Source: Candidatus Hydrogenedens sp.
Lineage (GTDB): Bacteria; Hydrogenedentota; Hydrogenedentia; Hydrogenedentales; Hydrogenedentaceae
Reading direction: 5' to 3'
DNA length: 64,000 nt
Assembly (NCBI GenBank): GCA_049968235.1
Contig: JBMFRC010000008.1
Span: 79,157-143,156 of the forward strand
Below, one piece after another: positions 31,554-41,936 of this stretch (its first letter is position 1; every line of letters starts with the position of its first letter). Below the pieces are notes generated by a model. That model was given only the letters and a program-made list of their open reading frames with translations. It did not search any database and was not told where the DNA came from. Made by a program: the position numbers and the translations under genes.

Positions 31554-32549
31554 CTAAAGTTGTAAAGGCTCCATTTCTTCAAGAGCAGTACGAATAGCAT
31601 AAATATCTTTTTCATCTAAAACAATAGAACCCGCTTTTGCGTTTTCCTCAATCTGCAATTCGTCTCTTGCACCTACCAATGCAGTAGTAATCCCCGGTTG
31701 ATGTACCGTCCATGCAATAAAAAGTTGTCCAAGCGTAATCCCATATTTTTTTGCAATAGGTTTCACTCTTTCCAACATATTCAGAACTCGACGACGATTT
31801 ACAGGTGAAAACATCGATTTATCCCGACGTAAATCACCATGGGGAAATTCTCTATCCAATGTAACCTTACCGGTAAGCAATCCTTGAGCAATAGGACTAT
31901 ATGCCAGAACAGAAATGTTATTCTCACGACAGAACGGGAGTATTTCCGCTTCAATTTCACGTTCCAATGCATTATATTTGGGCTGATTACTCTCAATCTT
32001 TCCTTTTTTAAGACAGGTTCTCATCATTTCCACAGTAAAATTACTAACCCCGATATATCGTATTTTCCCTTCTTTCTGCAATGAGAGCAGTGCATCCATC
32101 GTATAATCTAACGGGGTCGTTTTATCAGGCCAATGACACTGATATAAATCAATTACATCTACTTTTAATCGACGCAGACTATTTTCACATTCTTTCCGTA
32201 TAGATGCTGGACGAAGGTTTTTATAAACTTTTAGGGATTCCCCATTACGGTCTACGGTATCAAAGAAAAATTCCCCTTCTTCTAAGTCCCATCGCAAACC
32301 ACATTTTGTCGCAACAAAAACTTTATCTCTTCGTCCCTGAATGGCTTCACCTACAATCGTTTCACTATGTCCAAAACCATAGACAGGAGCGGTATCAATG
32401 CAAGTTACACCAAGGTCAATACCTTTCTGGATAGCCCGTTTTGCCTCTTCATCATCCGTCCCCCCCCAAAGCCATCCACCAATTGCCCATGCCCCAAAAG
32501 ATACAACCGGTAATTTCACATTTGTCGTTCCCAGAGTCCTATATTGCAT
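31554..32549 (-). CDS. aldo/keto reductase
   Basis: AKR fold motifs: GAWAIGG, IDTAPVYG, and the catalytic region. Confidence 0.85.
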   Translation of the reverse strand: MQYRTLGTTNVKLPVVSFGAWAIGGWLWGGTDDEEAKRAIQKGIDLGVTCIDTAPVYGFGHSETIVGEAIQGRRDKVFVATKCGLRWDLEEGEFFFDTVDRNGESLKVYKNLRPASIRKECENSLRRLKVDVIDLYQCHWPDKTTPLDYTMDALLSLQKEGKIRYIGVSNFTVEMMRTCLKKGKIESNQPKYNALEREIEAEILPFCRENNISVLAYSPIAQGLLTGKVTLDREFPHGDLRRDKSMFSPVNRRRVLNMLERVKPIAKKYGITLGQLFIAWTVHQPGITTALVGARDELQIEENAKAGSIVLDEKDIYAIRTALEEMEPLQL

Positions 32550-32657
32550 GGTTATGCTCCTTTCATCACATCATTTCATTCTTATTATTTTAACGAATTG
32601 AATAAAAGATTATAAAATATTTTTGTATCAGAAAGGATAAAATCGGTATGATGTTAT

Positions 32658-33107
32658 ATGAAACTCTTTTGTCAGAAAAACTGTCATAAAGGAGAACAAA
32701 AAGTGCGAGATGTACTAATGAGTTTGCCTTTACTTTTTGTAGTTATAACATCATTTTATCTAGCTTTGCGAGCAATTGGTAGCGTATGGGTCAATTACCG
32801 TGTCCGATTGGCTCTGTTAGAACGACTTGAGAATTCTCCCGAACTGCTGGAAGATGTACCACAAATACGGGAATTATTTGAAGATGAGAACAAAGAGATT
32901 ACAAAACGATACCCAATTGACTTTGTTTTTACAGGCGTTTTCCTTGTCATTTTAGGTCTGATTTGTGTTATTTTTGATTTCCTATTAGGTACAGGACAGG
33001 TGGCTGTAGGTGCCTATTGGGGAGGTGTAATTTGTTCCGGGTTGGGATTTATTATCACCCTTTTGGGATTATTCCTACGTTTCCTTTCCACACCCGTAAA
33101 TATATAA
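32658..33107 (+). CDS. small membrane protein, hypothetical
   Basis: Three or four predicted TM helices. No recognisable family. Confidence 0.3.
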   Translation: MKLFCQKNCHKGEQKVRDVLMSLPLLFVVITSFYLALRAIGSVWVNYRVRLALLERLENSPELLEDVPQIRELFEDENKEITKRYPIDFVFTGVFLVILGLICVIFDFLLGTGQVAVGAYWGGVICSGLGFIITLLGLFLRFLSTPVNI

Positions 33108-33220
33108 AATCTTTATTTTGTATAAAATCACATAATTTAGTATATTAATAGCCAGGTGGATGTTTATTATAATAATATTATTTTTATTAGTAAACATTTT
33201 TTCATACGAAAGGAGTTTTT

Positions 33221-34165
33221 ATGTTTGAAATGCGGTATTGGATACTTATTACTCCGATGTTATGTTTCGGATGTGCTACGGGATTTGTTCCGGGAGCTCC
33301 TGAAGGCTGTATCGATGTTATTGCCCATCGTGGAGCCAGTGCCTATGCCCCTGAAAATACATTGGCAGCTTTTAAAAAAGCGATAGAATTAAAAGCAGAC
33401 TGGTTTGAATTGGATGTGCATCTTACCGCCGATGATAAGTTGGTTGTCATCCATGATGATGAATTAAAAAGAGTAACTGGAGTAGAAGGGAAAGTAACTG
33501 AGAAGAAATGGGAAGAGATAAAAGATTTATCTGCAGGTTCATGGTTCTCTCCTGAATATAGAAATGAAAAGTTGCCTTCTTTAGAAGATGCATTAAAAGT
33601 AGCAAAGGGGAAAATTGGTGTATATATTGAAATAAAAAGTAGTGATAATGACAACCCTGTTCTTCCATTAATTATGATGAATATCACCGGTAAGGATAAA
33701 ATGACACCTGAATTGAAAAAACAATTGGAAGATGTGATTTATGGAAGCAAATCACGAAACATTACATTAGCACGCGAAACCGTAAAGACCGTGCGAAAGA
33801 TGAAGATGGAAAAACAGGTAGTATTACAGACCTTTTCTCCTGTGATTTGTTTTACCTTAATTAATGAAGCACCAGATTTGCGAATAGAATTTTTAGGCGA
33901 AGAGTCAGAGGAACACCCGGAGTGGTGGAATTATTATGTCCTGTTTGGAAAATTACTGAATGTGGCAGGAATGAATGTCAATCGAAAACACCTCACAAAA
34001 GAACGGATAGACCAATTCCATGCAAATGGAGCAACTGTGTCAGTATGGACCGTAGATGAAATCGAAGAAATGAAAAAATTTGCAGAATGGGGTGTGGATG
34101 GTATTATTACCAACAAACCTAATGTCGCACTGAAAGTTCTGAAAGAAATGGGTAAAACCAAATAG
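33221..34165 (+). CDS. glycerophosphodiester phosphodiesterase (GDPD), probably a lipoprotein
   Basis: The lipobox-like LCFGC is followed by IAHRGASAYAPENTLAAF…ELDVHLTADDKLVVIHD. Confidence 0.75.
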   Translation: MFEMRYWILITPMLCFGCATGFVPGAPEGCIDVIAHRGASAYAPENTLAAFKKAIELKADWFELDVHLTADDKLVVIHDDELKRVTGVEGKVTEKKWEEIKDLSAGSWFSPEYRNEKLPSLEDALKVAKGKIGVYIEIKSSDNDNPVLPLIMMNITGKDKMTPELKKQLEDVIYGSKSRNITLARETVKTVRKMKMEKQVVLQTFSPVICFTLINEAPDLRIEFLGEESEEHPEWWNYYVLFGKLLNVAGMNVNRKHLTKERIDQFHANGATVSVWTVDEIEEMKKFAEWGVDGIITNKPNVALKVLKEMGKTK

Positions 34166-34244
34166 CGAATAACAATGTCTTCAATTTATTCTTGCCTTAA
34201 GAAAAATATATTTAGATACATCCAATACACAAAGGAACCTTTTT

Positions 34245-35555
34245 ATGTCCATTGAGATAAAACCCTTAGGTCCAGAGTACCGGATCTGGCGATGGAAAAT
34301 ATTGACCACCACATATATTGCTTATATCGGATATTACATGACCCGTAAAATTTTTACAATTTGCAAAACAAGAATTGCAGAAGATTTCGGTTGGGAATTG
34401 GGAGATACTGCATATATCTGGGCTTCTTTTCTTATTGCTTATGCTATAGGACAATTCTTAAATAGTTTTATTGGGAGAAAATGGGGACCTCGTGTAATTT
34501 TGCTTGGAGGATTGGGAATTTCAATTATATGTAATACTATCTTCGGCTTTTCCAATTCGTTCCCAAACTTTATTTTGTTTATGTTTATTAATGGTCTGGC
34601 ACAGGCTTCTGGCTGGCCTGGTTGCATCGGCGGTATTTCAAGGTGGCTTCGCAGTCATGAACGAGGTACCATTATGGGAATATGGACTACAAATCATATT
34701 GTCGCAAATATTATTTATAAGTCTATCGGCGGTTTCCTTTTAGCATCCATGGGATGGCGTTGGTCCTTTTTCGGAATGACCTTTTTAACTTTATTTGTCT
34801 GGGCATTGATTCTAATATGGCAAAAAGACCGTCCCGAAGATGTCGGACTGGCACCTATTATAGATAAAGATGAAGACTACGGTCAGGCAATAAAAGCATC
34901 TCAAGAAGACCATATTTCACTATCCGAATATTTCCGTGTAGCGTTTAATCCATTGATTTTCATTATGGGAATTGCCTATTTTTCTGTAAAGTTTCTCCGC
35001 TATGCTCTGGACTCATGGCTACCTTCCTTCTTGAATATTCAAGGATTACCTGTAGACCAGGCAAGTTATTATTCCATGATTTTTGATATTACGGGTGTTG
35101 TAGGAACTATCTTTGCCGGCTATGTACTTGACCGATGGTTTCGTGGAAATTGGGCAGGTGTCTGCTTTGTTTGTAGTATAGGCACAATTTTGGGGTATAT
35201 TGCAGTACTGTATGCAGGGGTAAATCCTATTATGATTGCTTTCTGTTTCGGAATTGTCGGTTTTATGCTGTATGGTCCAGATAGTTTGTTAACAGGTGCT
35301 GCAGCTGTAGCAGTTGCTGGCGAGGCAAATGCAGTCGCTATTACAGGAATTATTAACGGAATAGGAAGTATCGGACCCGTTATTCAAGAACTGGTTATAG
35401 GCAAGTTTATGAAAACTACTGATTTGCAAGTGGGTATAGACAGAACAAATATGTTAGGACTTATTATGAGCATTGCCCTTGCAGTATCTACTGCAATTTT
35501 GACCTGGTATTTATACCGTATCCATAAAAAAAATAACAAACCTGTGGATAAATAA
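34245..35555 (+). CDS. MFS transporter of the organophosphate:Pi antiporter type (GlpT/UhpT-like)
   Basis: The N-terminus RWKILTTTYIAYIGYYMTRKIF resembles the GlpT [22 protein letters not shown]. There are 12 predicted TM helices. Confidence 0.7.
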   Translation: MSIEIKPLGPEYRIWRWKILTTTYIAYIGYYMTRKIFTICKTRIAEDFGWELGDTAYIWASFLIAYAIGQFLNSFIGRKWGPRVILLGGLGISIICNTIFGFSNSFPNFILFMFINGLAQASGWPGCIGGISRWLRSHERGTIMGIWTTNHIVANIIYKSIGGFLLASMGWRWSFFGMTFLTLFVWALILIWQKDRPEDVGLAPIIDKDEDYGQAIKASQEDHISLSEYFRVAFNPLIFIMGIAYFSVKFLRYALDSWLPSFLNIQGLPVDQASYYSMIFDITGVVGTIFAGYVLDRWFRGNWAGVCFVCSIGTILGYIAVLYAGVNPIMIAFCFGIVGFMLYGPDSLLTGAAAVAVAGEANAVAITGIINGIGSIGPVIQELVIGKFMKTTDLQVGIDRTNMLGLIMSIALAVSTAILTWYLYRIHKKNNKPVDK

Positions 35556-35587
35556 ATTCATAAAAAAGAAATTAAAATATTTTAATT

Positions 35588-36601
35588 ATGCTCTCTTCTG
35601 TTCTAATTTTTGCTCCGAATTGGATTGGTGATGCGGTCATGGCAACACCGTTATTCCGGGTAATAAAGAAACAGTACCCTCACATTTCCTTGAATGTGTT
35701 AGCTAAAAAATACATCTGTGAACTTCTTCAAGGATTGCAGTATATTGATGAATTTATTGCTTTACCCAACAAATCTGTTCAACAGATATTATGTGCCCTA
35801 AAACTGAGAAAAAGACATTATTCTGCTGTGGTAATCTTACCTCATTCCTTCCGTTCTGCTCTTTTATCCTTTATATCAGGAACAAACCTTCGAATAGGCT
35901 ACAACTGTAATTCCCGTCGCTTTTTATTAACCCATCCTGTTCCTTTTCCCGTAGATGAATCAGGAAAGCGAAAAATTCAATATATGACCTACGAATATTT
36001 AAATTTATGTGAAATATTGGAGATTGTTCCGGACAACCAGGGATTGGAATTAGTTGCTCCAGAAAAAGACGAAAGGGAATGGAAAAAAGAATTAGATAAA
36101 CAAGAGATAAAAGGACCTATTATAGGAATAGCACCTGGCTCTTCATTTGGACCGAGTAAACGGTGGAATATAGAACGATTTGCACAGGTTACAGATGAAT
36201 TACAAAAAAAATATAATGCCTTCCCCGTCCTTATTACAGGACCGAACGAACAACCTATTCGCAAGCAATTTCTGAAACATTGTTCCGTAAAAGTTATAAA
36301 CCCGTTTACACAATCGCACAACCTCTCTCGATTAAAAGCAGTAATAAAGAACCTTGACCTATTAATATGTAATGATAGTGGACCGCGTCATATTGCTGTA
36401 GCATTTGGTGTTCCCACAGTATGTATTATGGGACCGACAAAACCCGAATATACAGATAGTCCATGGGAACGAGGTTCTGTTGTTCGGGTTCCAGTAGAAT
36501 GCGGTCCATGTCAATTACCAGAATGTCCTATAGACCATCGTTGTATGAAGTTGATTACTTCTCAAATGGTTTTAGAACAAGTAAGCAAAATTTTGCAATA
36601 G
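35588..36601 (+). CDS. glycosyltransferase family 9 (ADP-heptose:LPS heptosyltransferase-like)
   Basis: LIFAPNWIGDAVMATPLFRVIKK and the C-terminal NDSGPRHIAVAFGVPTV, typical of the RfaF/RfaC family. Confidence 0.75.
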   Translation: MLSSVLIFAPNWIGDAVMATPLFRVIKKQYPHISLNVLAKKYICELLQGLQYIDEFIALPNKSVQQILCALKLRKRHYSAVVILPHSFRSALLSFISGTNLRIGYNCNSRRFLLTHPVPFPVDESGKRKIQYMTYEYLNLCEILEIVPDNQGLELVAPEKDEREWKKELDKQEIKGPIIGIAPGSSFGPSKRWNIERFAQVTDELQKKYNAFPVLITGPNEQPIRKQFLKHCSVKVINPFTQSHNLSRLKAVIKNLDLLICNDSGPRHIAVAFGVPTVCIMGPTKPEYTDSPWERGSVVRVPVECGPCQLPECPIDHRCMKLITSQMVLEQVSKILQ

Positions 36602-36739
36602 GTATCATAATAACCATAGATCCCTTGATTTCCTCTATGGTATTATAAAATGGAAATAATAACCCGTTTTGCAAATAAAAACTTGCTCTTTTGTGCTCAA
36701 TTTGGTAAATTAATCTAATACAAAATAATACCTTTAACT

Positions 36740-37252
36740 ATGAGAGATACAAAGGTGCAAGAACGAAGAAAATTTATACGAAGACAGGCTGATAAAGACC
36801 TACTTCAGCGTTATCAGGCTCTACTTGCGAGAATGCAACAATTAGAAACAATGGCAAGTGCTGAAGAAAGCAGAGAACTTAGACATAAACGACGCAGAAT
36901 AATACGCCACTTATGTCATGTGAGAATAGGTCTACCTATTAGTTTTCAATCCGGTAGAGATGATGTCTGGACAGTAGAACAATTACCCATTAAAGGTAGA
37001 TTACTTGACCTGAGTGCTGAAGGATGTGCAATATTCACCCATCAGAGTTTTGATATAGGACAAAACATCAATTTCGATATTGAAGTAAGTGGAGGGAAAC
37101 ATATCAAAGCAATGGGGTCAGTTCGATGGACAAAACAATTACCGGAAAAAGGAGGCTTTGCCTCCGGTGTCCAATTCCAGAGGATGGGAGAAGATAGCCA
37201 GAAAGTCTTACATTACTTTTTAGATGAATTAGACCGAACAATAGGTTTATAG
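36740..37252 (+). CDS. PilZ-domain (c-di-GMP-binding) protein
   Basis: RRRIIRH (RxxxR) and DLSAEG (DxSxxG). Confidence 0.55.
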   Translation: MRDTKVQERRKFIRRQADKDLLQRYQALLARMQQLETMASAEESRELRHKRRRIIRHLCHVRIGLPISFQSGRDDVWTVEQLPIKGRLLDLSAEGCAIFTHQSFDIGQNINFDIEVSGGKHIKAMGSVRWTKQLPEKGGFASGVQFQRMGEDSQKVLHYFLDELDRTIGL

Positions 37253-37263
37253 GAATTATTTCT

Positions 37264-37539
37264 ATGAGAACAGTGTATGTTGTTACAATGTGGTCCGGCG
37301 GTAGACCTGCCAAAAAATGGAAATCCTTTGAATATCCAAATCTATTACCTCAAGGGACAGGTGTAGAATTTGTTTGCTGTGAGACAAAACTCAAAGTTCA
37401 GGTAATTGGTAGTGTCTCGGTTGAAGAATACGAATCAGGCAAAGAAGACCTTGAAATGGGGCTATATCGTGAACTAAACAATGATAAACCAAATAATAAA
37501 GATATCCATTCTCCAAATAATATCGAACGCTTATTCTAA
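37264..37539 (+). CDS. small hypothetical protein
   Basis: A 91-aa ORF immediately after the PilZ gene. No recognisable family. Confidence 0.25.
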   Translation: MRTVYVVTMWSGGRPAKKWKSFEYPNLLPQGTGVEFVCCETKLKVQVIGSVSVEEYESGKEDLEMGLYRELNNDKPNNKDIHSPNNIERLF

Positions 37540-37593
37540 TCTATTCATGAAAACAACAAACGATTTACCAATAAACAGAAGGAGTATGGCTTT

Positions 37594-39609
37594 ATGAAAA
37601 ATATCCTGTTTCCGTTATTTATTGTCCTAACTTATTGTGCTTCTGCACAAACTCCAAATTGGCATGAAGATAGTTTCTTTGGTATCCACTTTGACCTGCA
37701 TCCGAATGCTCACGACACAGAATTGGGCAAGGAGGTTGATGCAGAACAAATACGCCAATTTTTGATAAAGGTCAAGCCTGATTTTGTGCAATATGACTGT
37801 AAAGGGCATCCGGGCTATACAGGTTATCCCACAAAAATTGGGGCACCCTCTCCAGGAATTGTTAACGATGCTCTTCGTGTTTGGAGAGATGTCACAAAAG
37901 AAATGAATATTCCCCTATCCATTCACTATTCCGGTGTCTGGGATACTCGTGCTATCGAATTAAACCCGGATTGGGGAAGAAAAAAACAGGATGGCTCATT
38001 AGACCCTAACAATACCTGCCGAACCAGCGATTACGACACAAAATTAATGATACCTCAACTTCTGGAAATAATTCAGGAATATGACATTGATGGAATGTGG
38101 ATTGATGGTGAAAACTGGGCAAGTTATCCCTGCTGGTGTGACCGTTGTAAACAAAAATTTACAGAAGCGACAGAAATTAAAGAAATTCCAACGAAAAAAG
38201 ATGACCCCCACTGGGAAGAATGGACAGCATTCCATAGAGACTTATTTACCCGTCATGTCCAGCGGGTCGTTGAAGCAGTGCATCAAGCTAAACCAACTTG
38301 TATGGTATGTAGTAATTGGTTATACACAATGAGGCAACCAGAAGCCATTGTTGCAAATGTAGACTATCTTAGCGGAGATTTTACACCTTCTTTTGGTTCT
38401 CAGGAAGCATGTTATGAAGCCCGTTTCCTCGCATCACGAGGTAAGCCATGGGATTTAATGGCATGGAGTTTTATTCATTCATCCAGTATTGGAAAAGTAA
38501 TGAAAACAGTTCCTCATTTATGCCAGGAACTCTCAGAAGTGCTGGCACAGGGTGGGTCTGTATTTATTTATGATAATCCAAAACGGTCAGGGCGACTGGT
38601 AGATTGGCACACAGACCTCCTGGCAAAGACCGGAGAATTCTGCCGAGAGCGAAAAGAATGGTGTTTTAAGACAAAAACACTTCCTCAGATAGCAGTCCTT
38701 CATAGTGAAACAACATATTATAAAGAGAATGAAGCATTATACGGTAAATATGGAGCAGTTCTTCAGCCCGTAGAAGGAGCAGTAACAATACTACTGGAAA
38801 CAGGATATTCTGTAGATATATTGAACGAAGAAACATTGATAAAAGTTATATCCCAATATGCCGTGGTTGTTATACCTGAACGTTCTACAATCCCCGAATC
38901 AGTATTATCTGTCATAAAAGAATATGTCCAGAAAGGAGGAAAACTAATTCTTTCGGGCTCTTTTCTTGCCGAAAAATATGGAGAATGGTTGGGTATTGAA
39001 CCTGTAGAAGGTAAAATAAAAGGTTGGTTACCCGTTCCCGGAGGAAGTGCGGTTCCTACTGCTGGAGAATATCAAAAAGTTCGTCCAATTACGGCAAGAG
39101 GAATTTTTACTATCTTGAACAATCAAGAACAAGGAAGAGACGAAACAGAATTTCCTCCTGCCACATTAACAAAAAATGGTGAGGGAATTATCTTGGCTAT
39201 CCATGGTCCTTTCTTTAAATACTACGATTCGCATCCTGTTCCTGCTTATCGTCAAATATTATCATTCTGGTTAAATGAATTAGGGACAGAAACCCTAATA
39301 CATCATGAAGGACCATGGTATATAGAATTATCTGCACGACAACGCAATAATCAAATAGTGCTAAACTTCGTTAATCGTGGTGTTGAAGGATATTTAAGCC
39401 CCGAACGACACATGGTTGAAGGAGTTCCGATTGTTCAGGGGATTCGGGTGAATATCCCCAAAATTTGCATTCCCTCAGATAAAAAACCTGTAAGGGCTTA
39501 TATTGCCCCCGCTCAGATTCCTATCAATATCATTGAAGATACGAATCAATATACGATAGTTGTTCCTCAGGTGCATATTTATGATATAGGTGTAATTGAG
39601 TTAGAATAA
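37594..39609 (+). CDS. secreted TIM-barrel glycoside-hydrolase-like protein with a beta-galactosidase-trimerisation-like (GATase1-like) domain
   Basis: Signal peptide. The N-terminal FFGIHFDLH is a GH29/GH42-like start. The C-terminal YAVVVIPERS…GGKLILSG looks like a GATase1-like domain. The family is uncertain. Confidence 0.4.
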   Translation: MKNILFPLFIVLTYCASAQTPNWHEDSFFGIHFDLHPNAHDTELGKEVDAEQIRQFLIKVKPDFVQYDCKGHPGYTGYPTKIGAPSPGIVNDALRVWRDVTKEMNIPLSIHYSGVWDTRAIELNPDWGRKKQDGSLDPNNTCRTSDYDTKLMIPQLLEIIQEYDIDGMWIDGENWASYPCWCDRCKQKFTEATEIKEIPTKKDDPHWEEWTAFHRDLFTRHVQRVVEAVHQAKPTCMVCSNWLYTMRQPEAIVANVDYLSGDFTPSFGSQEACYEARFLASRGKPWDLMAWSFIHSSSIGKVMKTVPHLCQELSEVLAQGGSVFIYDNPKRSGRLVDWHTDLLAKTGEFCRERKEWCFKTKTLPQIAVLHSETTYYKENEALYGKYGAVLQPVEGAVTILLETGYSVDILNEETLIKVISQYAVVVIPERSTIPESVLSVIKEYVQKGGKLILSGSFLAEKYGEWLGIEPVEGKIKGWLPVPGGSAVPTAGEYQKVRPITARGIFTILNNQEQGRDETEFPPATLTKNGEGIILAIHGPFFKYYDSHPVPAYRQILSFWLNELGTETLIHHEGPWYIELSARQRNNQIVLNFVNRGVEGYLSPERHMVEGVPIVQGIRVNIPKICIPSDKKPVRAYIAPAQIPINIIEDTNQYTIVVPQVHIYDIGVIELE

Positions 39610-39650
39610 GATTATAGTTCTTTTTCGTGTAAACAAAAAGGAGATGTCTT

Positions 39651-40196
39651 ATGACGGAACTCAAAATTGGAAATAGTGTTATACAGGTTGTTCAAGGTGA
39701 TATAACCAAAGAAACAACGGATGCTATTGTTAATGCGGCAAACAAATCTCTTTTGGGAGGTGGTGGTGTTGATGGAGCCATTCATCGCGCAGGCGGTCCA
39801 GCCATTTTAGAGGAATGCAAAAAATTAGGTGGTTGCGAAACAGGTGATGCCAAAATAACCACTGGAGGAAGGTTATCTGCTAAATATGTAATTCATACTG
39901 TAGGTCCCGTATACCGTGATGGAAAGCACGGGGAACCAGAACTTTTAAAAAGTTGCTATATTCGTTCTCTGGAAGTGGCGGTTGAAAATAAAATTAAAAC
40001 GGTTGCTTTTCCAGCAATTAGTTGTGGCGTTTATGGATATCCTATACAGGAAGCCAGTAAGATTGCTATTTATGCTGTAAAAGAATTTTTAGAAAAACAT
40101 CCAGACTGTGGCATTAAACTTATACGTTTTGTAATGTTCGGTAATGATACCTACCTCTCCTTCAGTTCTACTCTTCGCGATTTAGGAGGGATGTAA
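39651..40196 (+). CDS. macro-domain protein (O-acetyl-ADP-ribose deacetylase, YmdB-like)
   Basis: [19 protein letters not shown]…[14 protein letters not shown]…[13 protein letters not shown]. Confidence 0.85.
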   Translation: MTELKIGNSVIQVVQGDITKETTDAIVNAANKSLLGGGGVDGAIHRAGGPAILEECKKLGGCETGDAKITTGGRLSAKYVIHTVGPVYRDGKHGEPELLKSCYIRSLEVAVENKIKTVAFPAISCGVYGYPIQEASKIAIYAVKEFLEKHPDCGIKLIRFVMFGNDTYLSFSSTLRDLGGM

Positions 40197-40209
40197 TAAA
40201 AAGTTAAAT

Positions 40210-41289
40210 TTACTTTTTCTGCTTTCGCAATTTTTTCGCAGATTCAAGAATTAGAGTTTCAGTTTCTTCCCAACCGAGACAAGGGTCTGTAATACTGACA
40301 CCATATTCAGGTTCTTTACCAGGAGGCGGAAAAGGCTGATTACCCGCCTTGATATTGCTTTCTAACATAGATCCCAAAAGGAAGGGATTCCCTTCTATGC
40401 GTTGCTGAACCACATCTCGCAAAACATGTGCCTGTAACGGGTATCTTTTGCCACAATTTGCATGACTGCAATCCACTACAATACGAGGAGGAAGCCCTGC
40501 CTTTTGCATCTGCTCAATAGATTCAATAACACTTACAGGGTCGTAATTCGGTCTACCTCTACCACCTCGAAGAATAATATGTGACATAGAATTTCCGGCA
40601 GTTTCAATTACGCACGAGCGTCCATCTTCATCAATACCTAAAAAATGGTGACTTCCTCGAGCAGAAATCATAGCGTCAATGGCAACCTGCAAATTTCCAT
40701 CCGTACTGTTCTTAAAACCGATAGGCATCGAAAAACCACTTGCCATCTCACGGTGCGTTTGAGACTCCGTTGTTCTTGCTCCAATCGAAGCCCAACACAC
40801 AAGGTCAGAAATATATTGAGGGACAATCGGGTCCAATAGTTCTGTTCCTGTCGGCAAACCTATTTCTGCTATGTTTATTAATATCTCACGAGCAAGTTTC
40901 AGTCCTTTTATAATATTATGTGTATTATCTAAATCAGGGTCATATATAAGTCCTTTCCAGCCCAAAGTAGTTCGTGGCTTTTCGAAATAAGTACGCATTA
41001 TGACAAAGCATACATCATTAACCTGTTTTTGAAGTTTTAACAGGCGCTCTGCATAATCCAATGCCACTTCTTTATTGTGTATCGAGCATGGACCTACTAT
41101 AAGAATAAATCGCGAGTCTTCACCTTCCAATATATTTCGAACCACCTCGCGAGAACTGGCTATATGTTCTTTAAGGTTATCTGAAACAGGGTAGATTTCC
41201 TTCATCTCCCGCGGTGAAATCAGCGGAGTAAATGATAAAACATTAATATTTTCAATTGCTTTCAACATCTGCTTTCCCATGAATAACAC
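40210..41289 (-). CDS. aroG: DAHP synthase, class I-alpha (AroG/F/H type)
   Basis: ILIVGPCSIHN…KPRTTLGWKGLIYDP…GARTTESQTHREMASG…VDCSHAN. Confidence 0.85.
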   Translation of the reverse strand: MLFMGKQMLKAIENINVLSFTPLISPREMKEIYPVSDNLKEHIASSREVVRNILEGEDSRFILIVGPCSIHNKEVALDYAERLLKLQKQVNDVCFVIMRTYFEKPRTTLGWKGLIYDPDLDNTHNIIKGLKLAREILINIAEIGLPTGTELLDPIVPQYISDLVCWASIGARTTESQTHREMASGFSMPIGFKNSTDGNLQVAIDAMISARGSHHFLGIDEDGRSCVIETAGNSMSHIILRGGRGRPNYDPVSVIESIEQMQKAGLPPRIVVDCSHANCGKRYPLQAHVLRDVVQQRIEGNPFLLGSMLESNIKAGNQPFPPPGKEPEYGVSITDPCLGWEETETLILESAKKLRKQKK

Positions 41290-41360
41290 TCCATTTGAAC
41301 AATTATTGGAAATGACATAGTATATATTTTATCAAATTATAGGTATATCTTTTTTATTCT

Positions 41361-41861
41361 TTACTCTCTTTCTAAACTATGTTCTATCTGGAGAAGTTTC
41401 TTTTTCCATTCCAAACCTGAGGAAAAACCACCTAAGGAACGGTTAGCGTTTAATACGCGATGGCAGGGAATAATAATTGGGATAGGATTCCTGTGTAAAG
41501 CCTGTCCCACAGCCCTTGCATATTTTGGAGATAAACCCGCTAAGTTTGCAAGTTCCGTATAAGTATATGTTTTTCCCCAGGGTACTTTTCGTAGAGCAGT
41601 CCACACCTTCTGTTGAAATTCTGTTCCACCCGATATGTCCAGAGGAACCTGCTTAAATTGCTCCGGTATCCCTGAAAAATATCTATCAAAAAGCATGGTC
41701 AAAAGCCTGCCCAGCAAAATATTTGGAGTTTCGTGGAGTACATAAGGTTTCGACAAGCCTTCATTAAAAAGTAATAATTTTTGCAATCCTTTGGAAGTAA
41801 TATATCCGTAAATAGTGCCGATACTTTGCTTGTAAACAAAATTAGCGGAAGTTAATAACAC
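41361..41861 (-). CDS. ogt: methylated-DNA--protein-cysteine methyltransferase
   Basis: PCHRVL active-site motif and a helix-turn-wing region. Confidence 0.8.
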   Translation of the reverse strand: MLLTSANFVYKQSIGTIYGYITSKGLQKLLLFNEGLSKPYVLHETPNILLGRLLTMLFDRYFSGIPEQFKQVPLDISGGTEFQQKVWTALRKVPWGKTYTYTELANLAGLSPKYARAVGQALHRNPIPIIIPCHRVLNANRSLGGFSSGLEWKKKLLQIEHSLERE

Positions 41862-41936
41862 CTATTCGTTTCCTTCAATAGTTATAAACATATTACAATA
41901 TATCCAAAATTATACCATGCATAGGAAAACGGCATC

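Noticed and set aside
36607-36646. Inverted repeat downstream of the heptosyltransferase gene, considered as a rho-independent terminator
   Set aside because: The stem is AT-rich with a bulge and is not followed by a T-tract on the coding strand. Weak hairpins like this are expected by chance in AT-rich DNA.
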